Counted from the first letter of the stretch, positions 42,602 through 57,124 are shown. The stretch is DNA of 64,000 nt from Callorhinchus milii (GCF_018977255.1 NW_024704742.1:128652001-128716000), one strand, 5' to 3'. Notes: a model not told the origin generated them from the letters alone. Program-made: numbers and translations.

Positions 42602-42908
42602 TGGAGTCTTGTAGCTCAGTGGTTAGAGCACTCACTTTGCAAGTGAGAGACCTGAGTTCAATTCCAGGCAGAGGGCGAAACCTTGGGCAAGTTTCCTTAC
42701 TCCACACAGAGCCTAATAATAATCCCTCCAAAACCAAAAACAATAATAAATTGGTCATTTTCAATCTACGACTGTGGGACATTGCTGTGCGCAATTGGCT
42801 GCCGCGTTCGCCCACAAATATACAGTCAATTCACTTTACAGTGTGTTCTGTGAAACGCTTTGGGACGTCCTCCTGACGTGAAAAGCGCTATATCAAATGC
42901 AAGGATTA
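42602..42908 (+). mobile_element. tRNA-derived Deu-type SINE, short form, full length
   Basis: ggagtcttgtagctcagtggttagagcactcactttgcaagtgag...gagttcaattcc head (TGC-anticodon-like loop), Deu-like core, L2-type tail. Confidence 0.95.
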
Positions 42909-43821
42909 AACACCTGGCTTACCAACAAAAAAACTATTCTCTGTAGATGCTTACTGAAAATTAGAGTACTGAACTTTTTTAATTAAACAAAGTATAGAAC
43001 ATGTTTTTCTTTGGTCAACAATAAACATGGCCTATTTCAGACTTACAAAAAGAATAAAGTTGAAATGTTTGAATGAACATATTGCAATACAAGCTTTTCA
43101 AACCATGATTGCAACCAGTAATCAGCAATCAACAATATTAAAAATCTTTGCAAAGCAAATGGGAGAATACAGAATGGATATGAAGAATGAGCAAAGATAT
43201 TTCATGAATTCAATACTGAAATTGATCTTATGCAGATAGGAAAAGGTACTTTTTAATCAGTGCCACTGCTTCATATTGAAGCTTTTCACATCACATTATT
43301 ATATTGAAATGTTACATTTGCATTAGAAAAGGTGTTGAGAACAACACTGATTCGAACCCTAAAGGGAATTTTAATCCACTAATAGATATCCTCTTAGCAT
43401 AATAACTGTAACCAATTCCTGCATTCATTTGGAGTCCGAAATGTCAAGGGAAATGGAGTGTTATGTACTGACAAAGCTACAAGTATACCACCTCCTACCT
43501 GGCAATCTCACATTGGAACTTATATCCAAAGGAGTTTACAGTTTGTAAAATTGTACAATAAGGCAAAAGTTTCCCCAGTGTAGGAAATCAGGAGTGCTAG
43601 TATGTAGTAAATCTAGAACCTAGAATCATAGAAACCAAAGAAGTTACAGCATAGAAAAATCAAGCCTGATGACTCATCCAACCCCGGTAAATGAGTAGTT
43701 TAAAGTTTCAGCCACTCCAACATATGAATCGTAAGAATTTATAAAATAATTCTAAATGAATACGGAATGCTATATGGGCAAATAAAACCATGAGAACTAT
43801 ATAAACAGAAACAAAATTCAC

Positions 43822-43979
43822 CTCTCCATTTCAGAAGCACTTGCTGTTGAGCCAGACATGCTTTCAGACATTGCCATTTGACTGTTTTCTTTTCTACTGG
43901 GCTCTAATCCAACTTTTATGTCATTGAAGTTTTCGTACTTCAGAGCCTGCACAAGCTGTAGCAGGTACATGAGCAAATC
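43822..43979 (-). CDS. PIK3C3: PIK3C3 exon 11 (158 bp)
   Basis: [60 protein letters not shown]. Confidence 0.95.
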
Positions 43980-44725
43980 CTATGAAAAAAGTTTTCATTA
44001 ATGAATCTGAATAAAAATCTATCAATTTATCTTTTTTAAAAATCCAAACAGCATAAATCTTTCAACCTTATAAAAGTCATAAGTGACAAATACTAACATC
44101 AGTACCACCTACACCTATTGTACGGTTGGAATATGACATTTTCTGTTCATTTGTCATATAAAAAGTGCTGAAGCCAAGTGCATCAATTTTAAAAGGGATA
44201 TCCTTGAAAAAAATTAAAAGACTCAGAAAGTGAGCAGAAGAGTTAGATTAGACTAGGTGGCTTGTGTAGAGACATTTTGGCCAAATGGATAGTTTGTGCT
44301 GTATATTCTATGATTCGGACATCTGAATTTTCGCAGGATTTGTGTGTTAATCTCAGAATCATCGTGCCAATTGGCATAATTATCATGTTCAAAAACTGCT
44401 TAAGAATTCAAATTAAACTAAAATATATAACCCTGTATTAAAAGTACACAGACACAATTTGGTTAGAGACACACAAGCCATATAAGAAAGTAGACACAGA
44501 GAGAGAAAAAGTTAAAATTATATTAAAAGAATGAGGAAGATTAGTAATCCCAAATTCTTCTTTTTTTGGTAAAGTGAACTACCATCTAAGAAATATTACT
44601 TCTAAAAGGCAAAATACAGAGAATTATCTATGTTTTATAAAAATAGCATACATCATCTGTATTTATGGCATGAGCTCCAAAAATCAAAAGTATAACACAT
44701 CACATCTCTGCTGTCAGCTCTCTTA

Positions 44726-44983
<258 letters not shown>

Positions 44984-45707
44984 TCATTCAGTTGAATGCA
45001 TTTTGATAAATGATAGCCTTGGCTTGCATTTCCAAGTGCTTACCGTTTATTTTAGAATCTGCCATTTTTATTACGCAAGCTTTTTTTTCTTACTTGTGTT
45101 ATGAACATGTTAGATCCTTAGTAGACACTGCAATACTTTACATAACAAATACACTGGGATGCAAGTTCTTGCAACTCAAAAAAGGAGAGAATTTTGTCCT
45201 GTACCAGACTGAGAAGCTGCCGGTGACATTTTAGAATTGTACGAAATCATTCTTTATAGGTTTGGTTGTTGGAAACTTTTCTTGTACGAGAAATGAGGAT
45301 GATGATTTGATCACTTAAGTGTTCAACATCCAGAAGCCGCTATTTCCCCAGCCACAAATAAATGCATGGGGGCAATAGACAACAGCAATTTGTACACTGC
45401 AGCTGAATTATGAGAGCATTGAACTTTTCACAGAAAAATAAATCCAGCATTGAAAATTCAGGAACAGGATTATGATATTTGCAGGATTAAAAAGATTAAA
45501 AACCTTCACCCCTATTTCCCATTAGAAAGCTAGTAAACAACATTTGCAAGATACTTTTCTCAGTCAGCTTTGCTCAAGACACCAAAAACGTTGCATTCTA
45601 CAATGGCTTCTTAACAAACAGTTATTTTGCAAACAAGCAAAAACAACAAAAAAAAAATTGCCAAATCAGAGATCTTTGCAACTCCCAAATCATGTTCTAG
45701 AACTCAC

Positions 45708-45800
45708 CTTTTCTTGGTTTGTGAGATAGTATCTAAATTTCCAGACAAGGTCTTGTTCTTCAGAGGACAGCAATTTAGTGGGAGGATAACTCAAAATAAT
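45708..45800 (-). CDS. PIK3C3: PIK3C3 exon 9 (93 bp), helical domain
   Basis: [39 protein letters not shown]. Confidence 0.97.
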
Positions 45801-46226
45801 CTGAAACATAAAATATAAATTTAAATACAAATCCTACAGATACTCAGAATGAAATCACACCCTTTACTTTGCACATTAAAGATTGTAGTTGGATAGGTTC
45901 CAAAATAAATATTTTAAACGGATCAACTTGCAAGTAATATTAAAATGCATACCCATTCTAATCAGAATATTGGATTGTAACTATTCACTGTGTATAAGCA
46001 TAGCATATTCGCTTCCTTAAAAAATCTTAACTACAGAGAAACAGCTTCACAGTTAAGACCAAATTCAACAAATTGTGAAATTCTGAATAATCTGAAATGC
46101 TTCATTAACAGAGTTAATCTTCCATTACTGGTGTGCACATTGTCAAAAGTGCTTCCTTTTGGATGAGAAATTAAACCAAGGATCTATCTATTTGTTCAGG
46201 TGGATGTTAAAATCCCATGACGCTGG

Positions 46227-46538
46227 ATAATAATAATAATCCTTGCATTTGATATAGCGCTTTTCACGTCAGGAGGACGTCCCAAAGCGCTTCACAGAAC
46301 ACACTGTAAAGTGAATTGACTGTATATTTGTGGGTGAACACGGCAGCCAATTGCGCACAGCAATGTCCCACAAACAGTCATAGATTGAAAATGACCAATT
46401 TTATTATTGTTTTTGGAGGGATTATTATTAGGTGTGTGGAGTAAGGAAACTTGCCCAAGGTTTCGCCCTCTGCCTGGAATTGAACTCGGGTCTCTCACTT
46501 GCAAAGCGAGTGCTCTAACCACTGAGCTACAGGACTCC
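46227..46538 (-). mobile_element. tRNA-derived Deu-type SINE, short form, full length, nested in an ancient Deu SINE
   Basis: Near reverse complement of the 42602 copy. Confidence 0.95.
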
Positions 46539-48365
46539 TTACTTTCTTCTGGTGTCCTGGATAATACTTTCCCAGATCAATTTTAATGGTCACTTCATGG
46601 CTGTTTGTGGGTCATTGCACATTTTGCCTTCCAGTTTGACTACAAAATAGTCACTAAACTACAATAAATCCTATGAAGCTCTATGACAAGCTCTACAAAA
46701 CACAAGAATTATTGTAAATCTAGACCCAGGTGGAATTTACCCCACAAGTTTATAAAGAATTCAGAAGGGTAGAAAGAGGTAATATGATCACCAATAATGT
46801 ACATTATTAATTTGAGATGAAAGGTTCACAGCAGCTTCCTATTGTAAGTAAACCTCAATGCTTGTATTCATTCAATGGGAATAGGATTATTTTTAAAAAA
46901 TGGAAAAATATAAAGAAAGATAGATTACAGGGGCAATGGTGTAGTGGAGAGAGCTGCCGCTTATAAAATGGGAGCTCATCTGCTCGAATCTAGTCTGAGG
47001 TGAGGCTTGTGATCTCAGCCAGGGGAATTAAAATGAGCCCCAGCATTTTCAACCTTGCTCTGATCGCTCTTTAGCACCATCTACTGATAATTCACATGCG
47101 GCAGCCGGGTGAAAAGATGTAGGCTCGTTCTCTTGACTGCAACCCTCTCTATAGCCGAGTGGCAAGAATCTTAACAAGAGAAATGATCTGGGTCCAAGGC
47201 TCACACAAACAATAGATACTTGAGCAAGCTACCAGAGAGAAACCTCCACAACCACAATCAGAGCAGCAATTCAGCAATTAGATGGCTAGGGGCAAAAGGC
47301 ATACCACAAAGCAGAGTTAGAAAAATTTAACATTTTCAAAAAATGAACATACAATTCACTGAGTAGTCAACTGCTACTGTGGCACAAAAAATCCCAGAGG
47401 TTAACATTAACATTTAAACAAAGTGCTGCACAATGGAATGATAGTCCTACATTTTACCCGACAATCTGGAGTGTGTCTTTTTCTGAAACACTGATTGTGC
47501 AACATTTTGGGACGTCCTCCCAATGTGAAAGGTGCTATACAAATTTAATTTTGTTGTTGCTTTTCCTGGCTTCTGAGTCAAAGAAACCCTCAGTGCTCAT
47601 TCTAATAGCACTACCTAAATAGCAAACATTGTTGTTCATCTTACAGTGAGATTCATATTTTCTTAAAAAACTTCTTGGAAATAGGTAATTTTTTTCTTTA
47701 AAATATGGTGAACCCATCTTTAAATTCTATTAGTTAAAAAATATTAATATAATAACAATCCTTGCATTTGATATAGCGCTTTTCATATCTTGCTCAGCAA
47801 CTGAATAAATTGGAACCATTTGGAATTTAATGGATAATGAGAAAGCAGTGGTTTAAACAAATTTCACATGTAAAAGAAAACTCACAAGATTTCACAACTC
47901 ATCCTTTGCATTACTTCAGGTTGCCAGTCAAACGATTTAAAAGCCCATTTGCAAGTTAAAATAGTCTGAACATTCATACCCACTAAGATAACCTCAGTCC
48001 ATCCCACACTCTGTGGCACTGCTTGAATCTGGAGACAAGGAGAATCCTTGTGAATGTGAAACGTACTATCCACAAAATGAAAATAGAACAAAACACAACC
48101 TGACCTGGAGCAATCTTCCAAGATTAGCAACAAAAAAGATAAATTAGAACTGTTAAAATTTCACCAAGTCACTTGATCATATGAAATGGTTGGTTGTCAG
48201 AATCCTTGGAACCAGATACTATCTGCTGTTGTTCAAACATGCAAACTTTAGGTAGATGCTGTAATGATTGGGAATGTTCCCATTCCTATATGTATGCATA
48301 TGGCAATATTTTGAAGAAATTGTTTTATTGAAAGAAAGCATCCCATGTGTTTCTAAATCTAGTCA

Positions 48366-48494
<129 letters not shown>

Positions 48495-49254
48495 CTACAA
48501 ATGGAGAGAAGTATTCATTTTTATTTCAATACTGCTTAACAGACCATTTTTAGCTTGCAATATCACATTTCCTTGCATTAAAATATTAAATGATTTAAAA
48601 ATTAAATGTAAAGCTCGTCATCCACAACAAACATTCTTGATCACCAATTTCACTTTATAATTTAAGCAAATGTAGCCTTGTAAGAACATTGCAACAACAA
48701 CAAAATAAATTGATTTTCTGCAACAAATCCGAAACACTAGATGACAAATGCTAAACCTATTTTTAACAAAAACAAATGGGCGAATTAATTCACACATACT
48801 CCCCTTTCTTTCTACCACCTTTACAAACTTAAGTCCTTTTACATCCTTCAATAATTTAGATAATTTCAATTGCTTTTTGTAAGATTACTTTTTACTTTTT
48901 TTTTTGTTTCCTTGTATCTCCTGAAGCTATTTTTTTAAAAAAGGATTATTTCCTTATTTCCCCAGTGGCATTAGTTTAGTTACATTTCTTTTCCCTTCAG
49001 AAGAAAGCTTCTGCCACCTCTTCGCCCAACCTCACAAGTCTTGCTTCACTATCTTGTTGATGTGAATCCCTCAAAAAAAAATTTGGTCACTGAATCCACA
49101 ACTGTTTGGAACACTGCTATGCATAATTGCACAGGTAACATCAAGTTTAACCTATTTGAACGTAAAGTTTATAAGGCAGAAATAGAAAAGACAAAACACT
49201 AAAAGGCTACATTGCTTTCAGGTATAAAAAGTTATTTTGAAATCTCACACGTAC

Positions 49255-49326
49255 CATGGACATTTGAGGATCTGGCACTTTGACAATCTCGGAGCTGGCT
49301 AGATTTGGGGATGACTCATCACCATC
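49255..49326 (-). CDS. PIK3C3: PIK3C3 exon 7 (72 bp)
   Basis: DGDESSPNLASSEIVKVPDPQMSM; CAG/GTACG. Confidence 0.96.
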
Positions 49327-50846
49327 CTGGGCAAAAGAGCATTTAAATAAAACAGAAGTAAACTGGTCTGCTAGTTACTACTAGAAACTGTCAAAAAAAG
49401 TCAAATCTTTGTCCAGTAATGGCAGTAATTGTTTAGTAATGGCATCCTATAAGAGACTGCCTATACATTTAGCTTGTCAAAACGAACATCAGTCCTATTG
49501 TGCGTATATTATATAAAAATACACGCACACACTCAGATACATCTAGTCAAGCTGTAATGAATCTTTTATTCAAGCAAACTAGAAAAAAATCAACTTTTCT
49601 TCAATTATGTATTAAAGTTACTAGAAACTGCCATAAAAAGTCAAATCTTTTTGACTTTTGACACTTTACATATATTCTCTGAAACGCTTTGAGACGTCTT
49701 GAAGATGTGATAAGGTGCTATATAAAATGCAAAGATCATTATTATAATAAAGTAACTAGAAGTGACCCAATATAATTTACACTTGTATAGCGTCTTCATG
49801 TCTGGAAGGTATCTGAAAATAATAATAATCCTTGCATTTGATATAGCACCTTATCATGTCATTGAGACATCTCAAAGGGCTTAGGATATTTAAAGAGGAT
49901 TGACTGTACTTTGTGGGCAAAAAGTCCATTGTGCTCATTTACAATACAGACTTCAACTGTATAGGTGGCTTGAAAGACATTCCATCTGCTAATAACCTCT
50001 TCCAGATTTTTTAAAAGCAAATTTCAAGAGAATAATAGAAATTACAGAAAAGGAAGCCACGTCCAAGTAGAATAGTGCTGCCAACTCAACATCTTGTACA
50101 GCACACTTCACGTGAGGTAACATCTCAGAGCACTGAACTCTCCATCAGTGCTGGCAACTTATTCTAATTCCCTTTTCATCACATCCTTTTACACGGTGTC
50201 TTTAAATTGCACATCTGATGAAATGAGAACGCCCATGAAGTTGTAATTAATTGGATAATGGAGATTTTAACATCAGACAAGATACGAGCTATTCAAGTAC
50301 AGTATATAATTAATTATTGGAGAATTATTGTAGGCATGAATAATTTGCATGTTCCAGTTGCATAACTAGCACATCTAAAACAGCTACCTTTAAGATAAGA
50401 GGAAGTGTAATGCCACATTAACATTACTTTGTTTTCCTCCCCCATAGATACTCATTGAAAATGTGCAGTATAATTTGGGACTAAGCAGTATAATCCCAAA
50501 GGAAAAGTGCTGGAGCCCAAGAACTTTTTGTTATTAGGGAGCCAGCCACACAGCCAGCGTTTAATTAAAAAATACAGGATTTCTAAGCAAAACTCTCCCG
50601 ACCTCCCATCTAATGCAACAAGTAGCAGGAAGTCTAAGTCAGACTTCTCATTCCCAACTGCTTTACAACTGGAAGAGATTAACTCACTTCTATCAGGACG
50701 TCAGTGAAAATCCTACAATTGGAATTACAAACATTTTACCACAAATCTATTGTTAACAGAAGAATGCTCTGCTCAAAAAGACAAGAACTGTAATGATTAA
50801 GTAATCTGGCAAATAATATCCAGATAGCAACAAACAAAGAACAAAC

Positions 50847-50942
50847 CTTTTCATAATAAACGATACCGTATTCTTTATCTTCACACTTGACACGTGGAAA
50901 TTCAACCATGAGGTACATGAAATTAGAGCTTCTCTTTTCACT
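50847..50942 (-). CDS. PIK3C3: PIK3C3 exon 6 (96 bp)
   Basis: [40 protein letters not shown]. Confidence 0.97.
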
Positions 50943-51204
50943 CTGCAACAAAAATAGTGTCTCTTAATGTAAGGCGCAATCAAATGTAATAAATATAAGC
51001 ACAACTCAGAAGGCACAGCAAGCTTTCAGGCTCATTTGAGTTTATCGCAAAGCTCTAATGACAAAGTTCTGCAACAATCTACTTTATAAATTGAATTTGT
51101 CATACAGAAAGAACATGTTAAACATATTTTGCAGTATTTAAAGTCATTCCATGCCATGCAAATTTAACTCCATGTGAACAGTATTACTGTGCTGACTTCT
51201 CTCA

Positions 51205-51378
<174 letters not shown>

Positions 51379-51409
51379 CTAACCAAATTATTTTGTAATC
51401 CAAAGCTTG

Positions 51410-51900
51410 ACATACATGAACAACACCTTTCATGATGAATGCATATCCCGAAGCTTTTCAGAGACAACAGTGAGCAATGAATAGGGCAAGGAAGGAGAAT
51501 TCAAGAGAGCTGATCAAAGCAAAGATTCAAGAGGGATTGGGATGGGGCAAGGCAAATGATTTGGGGAGAGTTCCTGAGAGTGAGGGGAAAAAAGTGTGAA
51601 GGAGTGAGAAACAAGTCAAAGTAGGAGCAGCAGAAAGCGTGAACAAAGACAAGAATTCAATAGGGTACAGGGAGCCATGCAAGGGTGGGGTAATGAGTGT
51701 GAAGTGGGTATAAGCTGCTGCTTTGAATAAGCTGGAGTTTGTGGAAGGAGGTCAGCAAGGAAATCATTGGAGATGTCCAAGCTTGAGGCTTGAAGGTATA
51801 GATGAACGTTTCAGCTGCAGAGGTAGGGGGTGAGTTATGAGCACATATACGCAACATTTCAGATAGAAGCACATACTTTGGTTCCAAGCCTGGGATGTAG
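51410..51900 (-). mobile_element. Old degenerate L2 3' fragment
   Basis: SAAETFIYTF and HKLQLIQS-like motifs; tail remnant. Confidence 0.65.
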
Positions 51901-52224
51901 TGTTTAATGGAAAGCTAAGTGAGGGGTGGTGCTCAAGCATAACACATTGGCTCAGTTAATAAACTTGCATTATATAAACAGATATTTTCATCAGCAATGT
52001 CCCATAGACAAACAGCCAATATATTTTAAAGTCGGGGATATATTTGGAAGAGGTGGGGGGGATATAAGCTGATCATTCAGAATGATGAGGGAGTTTGATC
52101 GAGTCAGCTCCTGAGACAAGAAGGAGCAGGTGAGAGCTGAATAAGATGGCTTCAGTTTTGCAGTCACTCATTCACTTTGCAATTAGGTTGCGCTACTTAA
52201 CACCCTTAACAGAATCAGTATGAA

Positions 52225-52492
52225 TATAATAATCCTTGCAATTGATACAGCACTTTATCACTTTTTCGAGATGTCTCAAAGAGCTTCACAGAATATACTG
52301 TAAAGTGAATTGACCGTATATTTGTGGGCGAAACGCAGCAGCCAATTGCACACAGCAGTGTCCCACAAACAGTCATGGATTGAAGGAACCAATTTTTATT
52401 ATTATTTATTTTTCTTGAGGGATTATTATCAGGCGTGTGGAGTAAGGAAACTTGCAAGGTGAATGCTCTAACCACTGAGCTACAGGACTCCA
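52225..52492 (-). mobile_element. tRNA-derived Deu-type SINE with internal deletion in the head
   Basis: Head start and tail intact; box B region deleted between two ttgc/gcaa microhomologies. Confidence 0.88.
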
Positions 52493-55400
52493 CAGTCACA
52501 GTGACTACCTTTACTCATGTTGATCCAAAAATACTGTTCTGGGTTTACTTTATTCTATAAGCAACCTATATACCTATAGGATTTAACTCAAGTTTACTAG
52601 TCTCTGTAGCCAAATATCTGACTTACCTAATTTATTGTTGCATTTTGCATTATTTCCATTAACATGTTCTCTCCTATCCATTTAGGATATGTGTATCTGC
52701 TATCAACTTCTAATATGCTGTTCCTTTCACTTCTCTGTACTGATGTTAATTTGCCAGTGATCAGTACTCTTTGTAAGAATTTGACCAACTCCAAGGATTC
52801 CAGAATTCCCTTCACCCAGCTTGACATTTGCAGATTTAAACTACCACATTGTCTGCAAATCTAGGTTATCAGAAACAGGAGACCCAGGCTCAGTTTTAGT
52901 CAATGCAATCCAATATGTTGTCAATTCTGCTCAGTTTATTGCCATTGTCACTCTTTGGGCACATTAAATAAGGAGGGAAGAGAAATCTCGAAGCCTGTTT
53001 CAACATACTTTAGCATGTTCCATCCTATCCATTTAGCAACAACCACTGTCAGCCTCCTTCCATGTTCTCCACTTCCATTTAGTCTAGATAAGTTGCTTAA
53101 CTATATTCATTATGTGAAGGGTTTTCAGGTGTTATGACATTAGGCACTCCAACCAAACAACTTAGCTGCAGCTGTTTTATAAATCTCAATTCATCATAAC
53201 CCAATGCACGGAACCACCATTTTCAAGCCAATGTTCACTGAATTCCCTTGGAAACAAATCACATTTATGATAAAGTACTGTAAAAGTTGTACAGTACCTT
53301 ATTGAAAAAACAATGTACACCAGTCTCATCAGAAAAAGTGGCTTACTCCCATTTACCTTCAATTTGAGGATCTCTATATCTAATATGTTTAGAACTTTGC
53401 AACACATTCAAAGTTTAAAACTTCTTAAGATTTGAGATTTAACCACGAATCTTACATGTGAATACTGAAGACAAGTTTAAGAGCATGGAAAAAAAATCTA
53501 AATTAGATTAGAAAACATTCTTGAGGAAGCAGCTAATAACATTAAAACTCTGGTATGCCGCATTTGCAAAAAAAGAATTTAACACTGTCTTCACACTGCT
53601 GTGATCAAAGCAGAGCAGAATGCCCCATTGAGATTTCTCCCCACACGTCTGGGCTATTAAAAATACAAACACCCAATTTGAGAATTCTACACAGATGCTC
53701 CATTTTGAAATTGAGCCAATTGTTTTACTGAACTAATTACAAGTGCTGCAGGGGTTTAAAGAGAAGGCCTCACCGCCTCCTCAGGGCAATCAGGAATGGG
53801 CAATTAATACTGGCCCTGCCTGCACCACCCACCCATATCCTAATAATTACATACTAATGGGACACTGCTGTCCGCAATTGGCTTCCGCGTTTCGCCCACA
53901 CAGTTAATCTACTTTACAGTATTCTATTCTGTGAAGCGCTATGAGACGTCTGAACGACATGATAAGGCGCTATATCAAATGCAGGGATTATTATTATTGG
54001 ATCTATAACATTAAAATAATTGTCAAAATGGTCCTGGTAATTCAATGGACCCAATAGTAAAAACCAATTTGTACCGTACCCACCACCTCTGTACGGCAGT
54101 TGGGCAATCATACTGCTCCTGAGATCTCTTCAGATGCTCAGTTGCATGGTAATTTATTCCAATGCAGGTCAGACTCATGATTGATACAAAGGTGTATCAG
54201 AATTAGGGCTCCACAGTAATATCCACTGGCTCACAGATTTACGCTGGGTAAAAGTGGCAGAGTTTCGATACCAAACATGAACGGATTCACATTCTAAAAT
54301 GCTACTGAACTCCATTGGAAATGTATCTGGTTCAAAATTGATAATGCAGAATTAGAAAATAAGTTGAACATTTAAAAAGATCCTCAGAATTTCACTTGCA
54401 CACTGTAAAATACATAATTTAGGTTAAGCTACTTCATATTTCAGTCCCCAAACAATCAGCTGACCCACTCACGATTTAGCCTACACACACTTCAGTTCAA
54501 TACTTGATGCAATGAGCCCATTGCTTAGATCAAAAATCGGTAGTTTTAAAAAACACACAAAAAAGTGGTTATTTAAAAAAAGTAGTCTGACACTAAATAC
54601 AAAGCAACCTCCAAAAAACAGTATGCAAGTTAGTAATAAGCCAGGAAGCGATGTCACATTTCAGTGTGTTAAATTAATGCAGTCATCTTTTCAAGCATGC
54701 ACTTATATAACAACTTCCATTTATATACCACCTTTCCTTTCCCCGAGGAGAAACATCTTGAAGCGCTAAATATTTTAATGTTAATTATTAGAGTTTTTTG
54801 TCTAAAGAACTCGAAGCAACAAGTTCTGATCCCAAAAAGGTTAATCATGAAACCCAGCTGTGCCCAATGAAGAGCAAATAAGCAGTCAGACTCAGTTAGA
54901 CAAACACTTGCACGGTTGTGGGGGAAGAAACAGAATTTGAATGAGACAAGAAACATTCCTTGCCTTCTACCAAAGGTTAGAATTTCTCAGCAGTAAACAT
55001 TTCAAAGGAGCAAACTACTTACTAGATATTGAATGTTTCAAAGTTAGATTCTGCTATTTATGTTGCATGTTTTCTTTCCAGTGCACAATCTCATCAGGAT
55101 GCCTGTAGTCTGGCAACCTTCCTAATGTTGGATTCTGACCCTGGCAATACCAGCTGCGTCCCACATTAGGAGTGTTAGTTGACTTAACATGACAGGACAC
55201 TGAAGATAGACCCACGGCACAGAGGTCTGCTGCAGACACAGCATACAAATGTCACTTTATAATGAGAAGAACTGAGGTATCTATGTGGGGGGCGGGGGGC
55301 AGATAAGGCTTTAGAATGAAAAGACTCTTCCACTGAACCTAAACAATACCCAGACATTATGCTCAAATGAAAGATTTACACTAAGCTGTGTTTGGGCAGT

Positions 55401-56711
55401 TTATCTTTTCAATAATTTCCAGTGATGATAAACTCTAAATTGGTTAAAATGTGTTTAGAATGCATCTAGTTATAGCATGAATGGAGCAGGAACTCAAAAT
55501 ACCTCTTATAAAACGGGTATTTATAATTGTGCACATCTTATGATGTTCTGAGTAAGCTCAAAGAAAGTTTTAATTATGTGCATGCACAGAAAACATCAAG
55601 ATTTAGTGCTTACTTTTTATTCTGAAGAGCACAGAAAGAAACTTTTTTAAAAAAAGGGGAAAAAGTGCCAATAGTGGATCTTGAAGTCCATTTTCAATGG
55701 TTTCTTAAATAGATCAGTCCCTTTCATTTTGTTTGACGGAACAGCAACGTTTGACAGTAGATGTGCCGGAAACTAGTTTTATTCTCAGAAGAGATCTGCC
55801 AGGTCACTTGCAGCCTCAGAACAGAGATTATTCCATATTACTTGTGACATTTTACTTCCTTTCAAGTGACAATTCCCCCCTCCTTACCCTTTTAAAATGC
55901 AGCTGTAATTATCATCAAGCAATTATTTTAAGCCCTCAATATGCACACATAGCCACAGTGCTGTTGGAAGCACTAGACATCTTTCTGTCAGATACTTACC
56001 TTTTCCAACTGTCTCTTGTCTGGAGCCTGAGTTAGAAAGGATGTGTTTAAGGCACTTAAAGCACGGATAAATTTGGGTGAACTGCATTTTTTGAAAAAAA
56101 GATTACCTACTAAAATCACTAACCTGTTTTTTCCACATACAACGTGAAGGTTTTAAACTGCTGATAATGAAATAAACTATGTGATTTCTGCGAGAAATCA
56201 CACAATACAAGTACCAAGAGATTCTTGCAGAAATCACACAGTTTAGTCTTTAATATTAACCATAGTCTTTAATATTAACAGTAGAAAGTTTTAGTTATAG
56301 TTGCAAACCTGATATTTTTTACAAAAATATTTTCAGATACACCCTGAACAGTTTAGTGAATGGAATTCTGGATCATAAAATTGCATTTTGTTGAACTGCA
56401 TCAACATTTATGCCTAGTTTGTCTGCATTAAATAATTCAATATCATAAGCACATTAACAGCAGTGTTTTTTTTGAGGGGGTGTTTAAAAAAGGTAGCACA
56501 CACCATATGCTGAGTTTACCAGTCACCATCAGCTTTCTGCACAAAGCACACTAAAGACTTGTTCCATATCAACCTTATTCACATAACATAATAACAGATT
56601 AATTTCAACAAAATTTAAAGAACGCATTTTGAAGTTTGCATTTATGCATGGAATCAAAAAGGCTAGTGGGGACACAGAAAAAGTAGTTTCTCCCAAAAAT
56701 GTCCAGGAGTA

Positions 56712-56918
56712 ATAATAATCCCTCCAAAAACCAAAAACAAAAATAAAATTGGTCATTTTCAACCTACGACTGTTTGTGGGACATTGCTGTGCGCAATTGG
56801 CTGCCGCGTTCGCCCACAAATATACAGTCAATTCACTTTACAGTGTGTTCTGTGAAGCGCTTTGGGACGTCCTCCCGACGTGAAAAGCGCTATATCAAAT
56901 GCCACGATTATTATTATT
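56712..56918 (+). mobile_element. Headless young SINE copy, TSD aggagta
   Basis: aggagta at 56705-56711 and 56919-56925 flank ataataatccctcc...gattattattatt. Confidence 0.92.
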
Positions 56919-57124
56919 AGGAGTAGAAGTGGTCCCAACCATTCTCAGAGTAAAAATTAAACTCTACAGTTCACTTTTAAGACATCCTGCAGCATACAAA
57001 TCATCTCACTGTGCAAAGCATTCAACTGGCTATATATTTAAATTCATCCAATCTTTTGGTAGGAGTAACAAACATAACCAAAATACATATTGCATGGAGA
57101 CATAATGGAGTTGAATCTACATCT

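Noticed and set aside
42602..42675. tRNA-Ala(TGC)-like sequence (also at about 38660-38732 and 46465-46538)
   Set aside because: It is the SINE head: no proper acceptor stem, and it runs directly into the SINE body and tail in every copy.
46930..47270. Other old repeat-like stretches (also about 10330-10560, 53745-53840, 54060-54220, 55050-55250)
   Set aside because: Probably ancient SINE/LINE remnants, but too degenerate to assign or bound without a Dfam search.
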